Source of the DNA: an uncultured Mageeibacillus sp.
Lineage (GTDB): Bacteria > Bacillota > Clostridia > Saccharofermentanales > DTU023
Assembly (NCBI GenBank): GCA_964624395.1
Contig: CAZUWY010000004.1
Coordinates: 1-46,485 of the forward strand
Reading direction: 5' to 3'
DNA: 46,485 bases
Both the position numbers and the translations under genes were made by a program. The notes beneath the pieces are model-generated. The model did not search any database. It was not told the DNA's origin and saw nothing but the letters and a program-made list of their open reading frames with translations. Below, one piece after another: positions 1 to 8,267 of this stretch (its first letter is position 1; each line of letters begins with the position of its first letter).

Positions 1-390
1 TGGCACAGATGGTGTAACAGGGGGGAAGGCTGTTTCGTTCAGCAGCCCCTATTTATTTTCTATTTAATCTTGCCCCAGCAATTTAAGATTAATTGCAAAA
101 TCTTTGCCGCTGAGATTACTGTTTGTCAAAAAATCTGAGAATCATATTTATCCCAATTTTTCCAGCAGCTTTTCCATTAGCTTTTTTCTTAGTCATCTAG
201 CAAGAAAATTCTCAATCTGTGTAAAACTTTTGTTCATCACTTTACTTGATGCAAAAAACTGCAAGCAATACCCTATTTCATGGACAGCAGGCAGGTTCAG
301 CGCTAATAAACTCAATATCTAGAAATCGATAAAAACCACCAACTTTGAAGATCGTGTCTCAAAAAGAATGATTATAACCATTTCTTTATC

Positions 391-399
391 TGGTATAAT
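391..399 (+). promoter_or_regulatory. candidate extended -10 promoter element (TGGTATAAT) for the TauE/SafE-family gene
   Basis: tggtataat at 391-399, about 55 nt upstream of the TTG start at 453. There is no convincing -35 hexamer, which extended -10 promoters can tolerate. Confidence 0.35.
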
Positions 400-452
400 G
401 GTAATACCAATTCCAATTAATTTCTTATTATGCACAAGTAAAGAGGGATATT

Positions 453-1241
453 TTGTTAATACTTTTTTTAGTTAGCTTTTTTGCGTCTACAATCGGTGCC
501 ATTAGTGGTATTGGGGGAGGCATAATTATTAAGCCAGTATTAGATCTAATGCAATTATTTGATGTGTCAACAATTACGCTATTATCAGGATGTACTGTTC
601 TTTCCATGGCTACATATTCTGTCTTGAAAAATCTTTCTTCACGTCATAGGCAAAGTTTTGATTTAAAAATTACACTGCTTGCTTTGGGTGCAGCCAGTGG
701 TGGATTACTTGGAAAAGAATTTTTCAAATACTTATTTTTGATTGTTAAATTGGAAGAAGTGGTGGGTGCCTTTCAATCTGCTCTGCTGGCTCTTATTACT
801 TTGCTTTCTCTTTTTTATATGGTATTTAAAAAGAAGATTCAGACAATTCAGGTGGAATCTAAAATTACCAGTAGCTTAATCGGTTTAATTTTAGGCTTTT
901 TATCAAGCTTTCTTGGCATTGGAGGAGGTCCAATAAATGTTGTGGTCCTCAATTATTTCTACTCAATGGAGACAAAGCGCGCTTCTGCGACTTCGTTATA
1001 CCTAATCTTTTGGAGCCAAGCTTCTGCTCTTATTCTTTCGTTGTCTACAGGCTCGCTCCCGCAGTTTTCTTATCAGTTCCTCTTAATTATGGTACTGGGT
1101 GGTATTGCTGGCGGCATTGTGGGGAGAAGTCTGAGCTTAAAAATGAGCAGCGCCTCCATTGACCGGCTCATGCTGGCAGTAATAATTTTTATCTCAGCTG
1201 TATGTATTTTCAATACTTTTCAATATTTAACCAGATACTAA
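453..1241 (+). CDS. TSUP / TauE-SafE (DUF81) family anion-exporter-like membrane protein
   Basis: The 262-aa ORF is almost entirely hydrophobic with multiple TM spans. It has duplicated Gly-rich motifs (ISGIGGGIIIKP near the N-terminus, LGIGGGPINV in the second half) typical of this internally duplicated family. TTG start preceded by AAGAGGG. Confidence 0.8.
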   Translation: MLILFLVSFFASTIGAISGIGGGIIIKPVLDLMQLFDVSTITLLSGCTVLSMATYSVLKNLSSRHRQSFDLKITLLALGAASGGLLGKEFFKYLFLIVKLEEVVGAFQSALLALITLLSLFYMVFKKKIQTIQVESKITSSLIGLILGFLSSFLGIGGGPINVVVLNYFYSMETKRASATSLYLIFWSQASALILSLSTGSLPQFSYQFLLIMVLGGIAGGIVGRSLSLKMSSASIDRLMLAVIIFISAVCIFNTFQYLTRY

Positions 1242-1349
1242 TAGGCAAATCTGAAAGAATGAAACTGGCAGGAAAGATTTGAGCTGCAGCAGGCCATCGA
1301 TTAATGATAAACTCATTAGCGTGTAGCCGCAAAGGGCGCAAGGCTACAA

Positions 1350-2267
1350 ATGTTTATGATGGTTAAAATTAGCAACTCAATTGCAGCATCGATCGGGCTT
1401 CTGGATCGTCTAACTAAAGAGGGTGGGGTTGATCTGCATTTACACTCACTTTACTCCGACGGCAGCAAAAGTCCGGAAGAGCTGGTCGATCTTGCTCACA
1501 AAAGAAAACTTAAGGCTATTGCCATCGCAGATCATGACAGCATTGGTGCCTTGCCAAGGGCCAAAATAGCGGTAGGCAAATTAAAGATAGAGAGCGGTTA
1601 TGACTTGCTTTTAATTCCAGCTGTTGAGCTGGCGGTTTGGCTGGAAGAACAAATTGTCCATCTGCTCGCCTATTTCCCTTATGAAGATATAGGCAAGATG
1701 GAAGATTTTCTCCAGGGACAGCAAGCAGAAAGAGAAAACCGCAATCAGATAATGCTAAATAAGCTGATTGATTTGAAGGTAATCAAGCAAAGGGATTTGC
1801 AGTCTTATCTGAAGGCAGGGCATCCTTTGCTCGGCAGAACCCATATCGCCAAGCTGCTGGTCAAGAAGGGTCAGGCCGGATCAATTTCCGAAGCATTCAA
1901 AAAATATCTCGGTAAGGGCAAACCCGCCTTTGTGGCCAGAAACAGCATCTCGCTTGATGCAGCCTGCAAACTAATTCATCAGCTGGGCGGTGCTGCCATC
2001 TTGGCACATCCGCAAAAATATGGCTGGGGCCGGGCAGATGAGCCGGATACAAATCGTTTTGTTAAAGAATTTGAAAGCGCCAGATCTTTTGGTATTGATG
2101 GGGTGGAGAGCTTTCACAGCGAAGCTGAGCGAGAAACCCAGCTGCAAATGATGCAAGCAGCAAATCATCTGGGACTAATCTCAACAGCAGGATCTGATTA
2201 CCACGGCAGCAATAAGGACAATTGTCTGATCTATAATGGCGATCAGTATTTTTATCCCCGCGATTAA
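1350..2267 (+). CDS. PHP-domain metal-dependent phosphoesterase (TrpH/YciV-like)
   Basis: The N-terminal motif VDLHLHSLYSDGSKSPEELVDLAHKRKLKAIAIADHDS matches the PHP His/Asp signature of TrpH/YciV-type proteins. Further conserved histidines occur in VHLLAY, ILAHP and GSDYHG. Confidence 0.8.
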   Translation: MFMMVKISNSIAASIGLLDRLTKEGGVDLHLHSLYSDGSKSPEELVDLAHKRKLKAIAIADHDSIGALPRAKIAVGKLKIESGYDLLLIPAVELAVWLEEQIVHLLAYFPYEDIGKMEDFLQGQQAERENRNQIMLNKLIDLKVIKQRDLQSYLKAGHPLLGRTHIAKLLVKKGQAGSISEAFKKYLGKGKPAFVARNSISLDAACKLIHQLGGAAILAHPQKYGWGRADEPDTNRFVKEFESARSFGIDGVESFHSEAERETQLQMMQAANHLGLISTAGSDYHGSNKDNCLIYNGDQYFYPRD

Positions 2268-2269
2268 AA

Positions 2270-2297
2270 AGACCTGTCGCTCATAGCAGACAGGTCT
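2270..2297. terminator. stem-loop between convergent genes; intrinsic terminator mainly for the minus-strand VanW gene
   Basis: AGACCTGTC...GACAGGTCT is a 9-bp stem. On the minus strand it is followed by TTTTAA. On the plus strand the downstream tract is only CAAATATTT. Confidence 0.6.
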
Positions 2298-2334
2298 CAA
2301 ATATTTGTAAAATATCTTCTGGCTACTCTTAGCC

Positions 2335-4521
2335 TCAAGAATCTTCTTCAGGTTCGGGCGTAGTCGTAGTTGTCGCAGGCACTTCTGCAGTTTTTGTAGT
2401 GGTGGGCGTAGCAGTTGGCGCTTCACTTGCTTTAGTAGTTGTCGGCGTTGCTGCAACAGTCGTCTCTGTAACCTTGACAGTAGTAGTTGCCCCGGTGACT
2501 GTGGCACCAGGATAGCCGGCCGGGATATGTCCCACAGCCACCCTGTATGTATTGGGTCTGGCGTTATAGCGGCTGCGCCATAGTTTTTCCTTCTTGATCA
2601 GTTTGCCATTCTGGTAGTATTCACGATAAGTCTGCCAAGAATTTCCGGCAACTGCCTTTATATCTTGTTCCACCTTGCCTGGAGCCAGTTGCGGATCTTC
2701 CTTGTACACTGCCTCACCCGGTGGAACATCATCACCGATTTTTTCTGCAGTCAGCTTAATCGTCATATTTTCAGGCATGGTGTTGCCATAGATGCGCACT
2801 GTCACAGCTCTGGTGCTGGATTCCATAATTATAGCCACCGGCTGCTTGGAATCGTTTCTAAACTTCAAATCCGACCAGCCGGACACCATGGCATCCATTC
2901 CCGGTTTGAAATAGTCGCCCACTCGTCCGTGGTTCTGGCGTTCGATTATGGTCAGTCCAGCCTTGGCAGCTGCCTGAAAGAGGGTTGTACTAGGCTGGCA
3001 AAGGCCTCCGCCCATTCCGTCGACATATTGACCGCTGACAAGGATCGAGGCATTTTCAAAGCCGTTGGCAGCTGTAATCGGATCTAAAGCAGCCATGTAA
3101 GAGAAGGTCTCTCCGGGCTGAATAATCTGGCCGGTAAGAAGCTGGGCAGCTCTTTTAAGATTGCTGTTTCTGCCGTAATGCTGCATCATCACCTTGGTTG
3201 ATGCCTCCGCCAGCAGATGAACTGATTTTTTCAGCTCTACCTCTGTGACATCAGGATAAGAGATCTCTGTTTTAACATCAATTCTGTTGCTGTCGCCTCG
3301 TCCTTCCAGATAATCTGTGATCTGAGTTGTTATAAGCTTAAGATCGGCGGCGACTCCAACAGTCTCCGGTTCAATATTAAAATTCATCCTCGATTCGTTA
3401 AAGGAGACTGCCTTGGCAGATACCGGACCCTGTATATAGGGGGCGAGCAGCTCTTTCAGACTGGACTCGATCACCCTCTCATTGTATTTATATCTATAGG
3501 GAATATCGACTGGATTGTTCTCTAGTTCAATAATCTCCTGGTAGCGCTCCATGATTCTGAGATCGGGATCCATATTCTCAGATTCCCGGCCATGTTTCCA
3601 AATCTCTTCTAAAAGCTCTTCTGTCGCCAAGCTGATCTGCAGTTCTGAAAACTTTACCGGCACATGCTTATCGGCAATATTTAGCATAAAGGCGCCTTTT
3701 TCATCTAGCTCAGAGCCAATGCGCGCCAGCTCATTTTCAATAGCCTCGCGGCTATAATTGGCCAGACTGAAGCCGGCCAGCAAAACTCCGGGGTAGACAA
3801 TATCTTTTTCAGTCAGCTCCTTGGCTAAAAGATATTCTTCAGACTCCCGATCGACAGAGGTCTGATCTACCTTCTCCGTATACTCGGGAATGCTTTCAAA
3901 GGTCTCTGTAGATTCTACCTGATCAGAGAGGATGCCCAGAGCGTTAACAGCAAAATAAATAGCCGGAACCAAGATCACGACTGTGAGTACAGCTGCAATC
4001 ATTTTCCTTTTGCGATCCCTTTTAACTGCATCTCTCTTATCCGTCTTGGGAGTAGCTTCAGCAGCCTGTGTCCTGTGTGGAGGTGCAACTCTGCCGTTGG
4101 AAGTACTTCTGCCTCTATTTTCAGGTGGTCTGTGATAGACTGTGCTTTTATTTTCAACAGTTTTTGAATCTCTCTTGAAGATGTCTGCCTCTGATGTGGG
4201 CCTGACTGGTGACACTTTGCGCGGATTGGCATAGTTAACAGGCGTCTGCCCTGCCCTAGGCCTTGCTTCAGCCTGCGCATGGTTAGAAGAAGCTTTCCCT
4301 GCAAAATCTAATTGCCCAGCAGCGGAACCAGCAGCCACTCTTTGCCCCACTGGACGGATTTTAGTCTCCCGGAAAGTAGCATCCGGCAAAGCCTCGACAG
4401 GGGTAAAGCCACCATTAACCGAAATAGCAGGTTGGGTAGAGTTTGCTCCCGGATCACTAAGATTGGGATTGATTCTGATTTTTCTAATTTTTGGCTCTTG
4501 GCCGCCAAGTTTATCGTTCAT
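2335..4521 (-). CDS. membrane-anchored VanW-domain protein with G5-like domain and T/P/A-rich C-terminal tail
   Basis: 728 aa. About 190 aa of low-complexity N-terminus is followed by one TM span (MIAAVLTVVILVPAIYFAVNALGIL). The VanW signature is GETFSYMAAL...VDGMGGGLCQPSTTLFQAAAKAGL...RQNHG. A G5-like segment follows (PGKVEQDIKAVAGNSWQTYREYYQNGKLIKKEKLWRSRYNARPNTYRVAVG). Confidence 0.85.
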   Translation of the reverse strand: MNDKLGGQEPKIRKIRINPNLSDPGANSTQPAISVNGGFTPVEALPDATFRETKIRPVGQRVAAGSAAGQLDFAGKASSNHAQAEARPRAGQTPVNYANPRKVSPVRPTSEADIFKRDSKTVENKSTVYHRPPENRGRSTSNGRVAPPHRTQAAEATPKTDKRDAVKRDRKRKMIAAVLTVVILVPAIYFAVNALGILSDQVESTETFESIPEYTEKVDQTSVDRESEEYLLAKELTEKDIVYPGVLLAGFSLANYSREAIENELARIGSELDEKGAFMLNIADKHVPVKFSELQISLATEELLEEIWKHGRESENMDPDLRIMERYQEIIELENNPVDIPYRYKYNERVIESSLKELLAPYIQGPVSAKAVSFNESRMNFNIEPETVGVAADLKLITTQITDYLEGRGDSNRIDVKTEISYPDVTEVELKKSVHLLAEASTKVMMQHYGRNSNLKRAAQLLTGQIIQPGETFSYMAALDPITAANGFENASILVSGQYVDGMGGGLCQPSTTLFQAAAKAGLTIIERQNHGRVGDYFKPGMDAMVSGWSDLKFRNDSKQPVAIIMESSTRAVTVRIYGNTMPENMTIKLTAEKIGDDVPPGEAVYKEDPQLAPGKVEQDIKAVAGNSWQTYREYYQNGKLIKKEKLWRSRYNARPNTYRVAVGHIPAGYPGATVTGATTTVKVTETTVAATPTTTKASEAPTATPTTTKTAEVPATTTTTPEPEEDS

Positions 4522-4621
4522 ATCTAATACCTAAGATCTTTTATCAACTGTCAAAAATGATCCGAAGGCAAATTGCGTAAGCCCCCGGATCAGATAATAT
4601 CATAAATGTAAAAATTGTCTA

Positions 4622-6832
4622 TCAATTAATGATACGGCCAATCTTCACCGGTTGCCTGTTAGCGGGTCTATTGGCAATCACGTCAATTCTTACAACTGAA
4701 CCTGGCTGTGGGGCATGGATCATCTTGCCATCTCCAACATAGATGCCCACATGGTCATATTTGCCGACTGAGCCAAAGAAGACTAGATCGCCCAGTTTGA
4801 CATTGGAGTAATCGCCCTTGGAGAAGCTAACATTCTTCACATGCTTGTTGCCCTGCTGGTTGGCACTGTGCGGCAGGGACACCCCTATGCTGCTGTAAAC
4901 CCATTTGACCAGTCCGGAGCAGTCAAAGCCATTCATGCTGGAACCGGCAAAGACATATCTAACTCCCAGTGCCGATTTGGCTTTTTCCACAACAGCTTTT
5001 CTCTTGGCCGCATTGCTGTCGGTTTCCGGGCTCTCCGGCTCAGAATCTTCGATCTGTTCCACTTCTTTATTGGAGAACAAAGTGTTGAGCATATAGCCTT
5101 CTTTGTCCTTGCCGTAACTTATCTTGGACCAGGTACCATTGCTGGTCAGCTGTTTAATCTTGGTGGCATAGGGCAGCGAGGTAAGGACAGCAGATGATGT
5201 ATCGGCCTTCTCCCTCACATTGGCTGCGCTAACTCTGATCCAAGCATCTTTATTGACATCCTTGAAGGAGCTGCTTTGACCGCTGTCATTATTAGCCGGC
5301 GGGCTGCTGTTGCCTGGCGCATCCTTAGTGATTAAGTCATTCTTAATATAGGCAACCAGACCGTTTTTAGTCTTGATCTTTGACCAGGATCCGTTTGTTG
5401 CGATCTGAGTCAGCTTCTCATCTTGCGTTGCTGCTCCAACAACCGAGCTGGATGTGCTGTCGCTTTCACGCAAATTGGCATAAGCCACCGTTACATAAAC
5501 GTCAACATTAGTATTTCTATATTCTGAAGAAGGTGCTTCAGGAGTAGGCTGGGTCGGTTCTGTTATCTCTGGTTTTTTGGACGTGAGCAAGTCATTGCGC
5601 AAATAACCTTCCTGCCCGCTGGCCAGTTTGACCTTCGACCAGATACCGTCAGTGGATATCTGATGTACTTTATCGTTCAGGCGTACAGTGCCAATGGCCT
5701 CAGAATCGGTGGATGCCTCTGCGCGCAGGTAACCGTAATTAACCTGCACCCAGTTATCAACACCCATATTAATGGTATTGTTTTCCTTGGCAACTTTATC
5801 CTTTTGGAAAAGATCAGTGCTCATATAGCCTATGAGACCAGTTTCAGTCTTGACCTTCGCCCAGTCACCTTCCACTTTGATAATTTCAATCTGAGTACCC
5901 TTTTGCGCAAAAGCCACTCTTTCAGATTCAGCATTAGGTTCTGTGCGGATATTGGCCATATTGACCTTGACATAGCGAATAGAAGAGGGCGGATCTTTCT
6001 CCGTCGTAATTATATTGGGGTTCTGAGTAGTCCCGGCAGTTTCTGTGGCTTTCTTTTCTGTCTTTGCCGGCTCAGTAGAGGAAGCCTCGGTAGGTGCCTT
6101 GGTAGCCTGCACGCGCGGGGCGGGCTTTTCGGCTTGCAGATATTTGGCCAGAGCATAACCTTCAACCCCTTTGGAGTTCCGGATATAGGCCCAGCTGCCT
6201 TCCTTGGCCAGCTGTTTTACTGCTTCACCATAGTAAAGCTGTCCCAGTTTAGCACCATCTACATGTGCTGAAGCGCGGAAGTTAAGCACGGTGTTGGCAT
6301 AGACTGTTTTCTCTGCCTCTGTTTTCTTCGTTTTCTTGGCAGCTGTTGTTTCAGTAATCTCTTCGACTTGGCTTTCCGTCTCGATTATCAGAGCTGCCGG
6401 CTGTTCCGTGGCTGCTTCGGTTTCAGCAATAGTTTCTTCTTCTGTTGGCGGAATTTCAATTGCCGATTCCATGTTTTCCATCATTTCCAGCACGGCAATT
6501 TCGCCAGGACCCAAATTTCTGCCCATCTCTTGCTCTGACAGCTGATCTAGCTCAAACTGGTTCTTTTCCGGGAGTTCAAATTTGATCTCCGCCTGCTGCC
6601 CGATCGATAATTTGATCTGGATAACCAAAACAGCAACAATCATTAAAGCCGCCAAAGTCGGCAGACCCAGGAAAGCAATACGTTTTGCAAATCCTGTAGG
6701 TGCGCTGGCTTTATAGCGACTCAAAAAGCGCATGGTCTTGCGCTTCGGTTTTCTCGTGCCGGTAGCCTTACCCGGTGAGGAGGTTATGTCGGATAGATTA
6801 ATATCTTTCTTTTTCATATATACTCGTTTCAC
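4622..6832 (-). CDS. membrane-anchored cell-wall hydrolase: five SH3b repeats plus C-terminal NlpC/P60 cysteine peptidase domain
   Basis: 736 aa with a TM anchor (IAFLGLPTLAALMIVAVLVIQI). Five roughly 60-aa repeats end in GSWAYIRNSKGVEGYALAKYL, GDWAKVKTETGLIGYMSTDLF, GIWSKVKLASGQEGYLRNDLL, GSWSKIKTKNGLVAYIKNDLI and GTWSKISYGKDKEGYMLNTLF. Catalytic motifs are GFDCSGLVKWVY and DHVGIYVGDGKMIHAP. The ORF-track start is a GTG at 6832; the ATG at 6817 (MKKKDINL) is an alternative. Confidence 0.85.
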   Translation of the reverse strand: MKRVYMKKKDINLSDITSSPGKATGTRKPKRKTMRFLSRYKASAPTGFAKRIAFLGLPTLAALMIVAVLVIQIKLSIGQQAEIKFELPEKNQFELDQLSEQEMGRNLGPGEIAVLEMMENMESAIEIPPTEEETIAETEAATEQPAALIIETESQVEEITETTAAKKTKKTEAEKTVYANTVLNFRASAHVDGAKLGQLYYGEAVKQLAKEGSWAYIRNSKGVEGYALAKYLQAEKPAPRVQATKAPTEASSTEPAKTEKKATETAGTTQNPNIITTEKDPPSSIRYVKVNMANIRTEPNAESERVAFAQKGTQIEIIKVEGDWAKVKTETGLIGYMSTDLFQKDKVAKENNTINMGVDNWVQVNYGYLRAEASTDSEAIGTVRLNDKVHQISTDGIWSKVKLASGQEGYLRNDLLTSKKPEITEPTQPTPEAPSSEYRNTNVDVYVTVAYANLRESDSTSSSVVGAATQDEKLTQIATNGSWSKIKTKNGLVAYIKNDLITKDAPGNSSPPANNDSGQSSSFKDVNKDAWIRVSAANVREKADTSSAVLTSLPYATKIKQLTSNGTWSKISYGKDKEGYMLNTLFSNKEVEQIEDSEPESPETDSNAAKRKAVVEKAKSALGVRYVFAGSSMNGFDCSGLVKWVYSSIGVSLPHSANQQGNKHVKNVSFSKGDYSNVKLGDLVFFGSVGKYDHVGIYVGDGKMIHAPQPGSVVRIDVIANRPANRQPVKIGRIIN

Positions 6833-6888
6833 TTCTGCTGGTCTGTTTTATTTGGCTAAACAAACCTGCATTGATCGAATCATCAATT

Positions 6889-6917
6889 ATTTTACCCTGA
6901 TTGGCAAGGGCAATCAA
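6889..6917 (-). promoter_or_regulatory. candidate sigma-70-type promoter for the NlpC/P60 gene
   Basis: The minus strand reads TTGATT (6917-6912), a 17-nt spacer, then TAAAAT (6894-6889), about 55-70 nt upstream of the candidate starts. Confidence 0.4.
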
Positions 6918-7039
6918 GTTAATACCGAATTACAGTAGCGGAACAATATGGCATTTATGTGAAGTTTTAATAACTTTCGCTTCATCATTTGTTCTCAAAT
7001 AGAATTTTCTAGCAAGAAAAGCTTGCCCTCACGACGCTG

Positions 7040-8032
7040 TCAGTTGCCATATTTCTTTTCCAGCAGGCTGAATAAATAGGAAAATATTGTGCCGAGAAAA
7101 AATGCCGCCAGGCAAAACAGTGAGGCTGGTAACAAATTAAGATTCATTTGCGCTAAATTTGCCCTCTCAAGCCCCGGCAGGATAATCGTCGGAATAATAG
7201 CAAGGCATGATCCAGTGACAAGGCCGATAATAACGTGATGAACAAGGGAATAGTAATTATTGAAAAGCCAGGTAACAGCCTTGGCCATTAAAATAACAGT
7301 CAGCAAGACACCAATTATGAGCGGCAGCATGACAGATAGATCAAAATCTTTGACACCGTGAGCCATTGTATCGTAAAGCCCCAGATACATCAGAAAATTA
7401 GAGGTTGCTAGGCCTGGAATAATTACCCCTAGGCCAATCAGAAAACCTGCTGCTATCCAAACAAAAAAATTGGCTTCAATCTTGGGCAGATGCTGTACAC
7501 CGATGAGCATGATAGCTAAAATCGCAGCAGTCGCCAGGACAAAACTTAAAATTTCCTTTGCTCCCCGCCCGCTTTCCTTTGCCCTTTTGCCCAGCAAGGG
7601 GAGAGTACCCACGACAAAGCCAAGAAAGAGGCTGACGAAAATTGGTCCATAGGAATCAAAAGCTGCTGCCACAGCCACAGAAAATAGGAGTATGCCCAGA
7701 ATGCCGCCAATGCCAATCGGCAGAAAGTAGCGCATCCTCTTGAAAAAATCTGTGGTTATGCTGCTTAAGAAGATCATGATATGATCGTAGATTTCAAATA
7801 TTACAGCCAGAACGCCTCCGGAAAGACCCGGGAGTATTCCCCCAATCCCAATCAGAACACCTTTCAAAAGTCTGATCAGCCAGTTGCCAAGGCCTGTCTC
7901 ATCCGGTATTGCTATCTCTGTCTTCTTTTGTTCTTCAATTTTTATATCCAAATCTACTATCCTTTGCCAGCAATCAGCAAAAAAATAAATGACTGCCTCA
8001 ACTGCCATCTCCCTTGCAGTCTGAAGCCTCAT
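7040..8032 (-). CDS. DUF368-family polytopic membrane protein (family recently linked to undecaprenyl-phosphate translocation)
   Basis: The 330-aa ORF is highly hydrophobic and carries the DUF368 hallmark GILPGLSGGVLAVIFEIYD. A second related half contains IIPGLATSNFLMYLGLYD. Confidence 0.8.
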   Translation of the reverse strand: MRLQTAREMAVEAVIYFFADCWQRIVDLDIKIEEQKKTEIAIPDETGLGNWLIRLLKGVLIGIGGILPGLSGGVLAVIFEIYDHIMIFLSSITTDFFKRMRYFLPIGIGGILGILLFSVAVAAAFDSYGPIFVSLFLGFVVGTLPLLGKRAKESGRGAKEILSFVLATAAILAIMLIGVQHLPKIEANFFVWIAAGFLIGLGVIIPGLATSNFLMYLGLYDTMAHGVKDFDLSVMLPLIIGVLLTVILMAKAVTWLFNNYYSLVHHVIIGLVTGSCLAIIPTIILPGLERANLAQMNLNLLPASLFCLAAFFLGTIFSYLFSLLEKKYGN

Positions 8033-8197
8033 TATTTGTCAGCTAATAGTTGCTTTTAAGTAATATAACACAAAATATATTATATATAGATTCAAATTTA
8101 CTGCAAGAAAGCAAATTCGTCCTTTCACCAGTGATTAATGCCCTGCTCGATCAAAGGGGGCACAATCATTGATCTCAAAATAATTAAACTAATTTGC

Positions 8198-8219
8198 TCT
8201 CAAACCTATCTCAAACCTA
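8198..8219. repeat. perfect tandem 11-bp direct repeat (TCTCAAACCTA x2) in an intergenic region
   Basis: Read directly at 8198-8208 and 8209-8219. It lies between the L,D-transpeptidase stop and the DUF368 start. Confidence 0.9.
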
Positions 8220-8267
8220 AACATTGATCCCTTTGATCTTGACAGAACCAGACCCTGCTGGCCAGAT

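Noticed and set aside
104-322. 72-aa plus-strand ORF at the window start
   Set aside because: It has no Shine-Dalgarno sequence, its composition looks like translated AT-rich spacer, and it has no recognisable motif.
2181-2507. 108-aa K/R/Q/L-rich minus-strand ORF overlapping the 3' end of the VanW gene
   Set aside because: It is an alternative frame of the T/P/A-rich tail region. It runs through the terminator hairpin and has no RBS.
5663-6271. 202-aa plus-strand ORF inside the NlpC/P60 gene. Similar long antisense ORFs lie at 28000-28533 (in oppD), 32273-32728 and 33005-33460 (in oppA), and 14611-15471 (in citE).
   Set aside because: Each lies antisense to a gene with clear family motifs. 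They lack RBSs and recognisable motifs and are interpreted as shadow ORFs.
6833-7039. Possible c-di-AMP (ydaO-type) riboswitch upstream of the NlpC/P60 hydrolase gene, a frequent location for that riboswitch
   Set aside because: The predicted promoter leaves a leader of only about 55-70 nt. I could not find the paired ACGGGG/CCCA-type conserved cores or the pseudo-twofold helices. A covariance-model scan would settle it.
8040-8110. AT-rich segment (ATATATTATATATAGATT) that superficially resembles a Firmicutes dif site; also TTATGTTTACA near 9675
   Set aside because: Neither matches the conserved XerD arm (TTATGTAAACT / TTATGTTAAAT) with a proper 6-bp spacer and XerC arm. The second overlaps the RBS and start region of the L,D-transpeptidase gene. 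I saw no DnaA-box clusters either.
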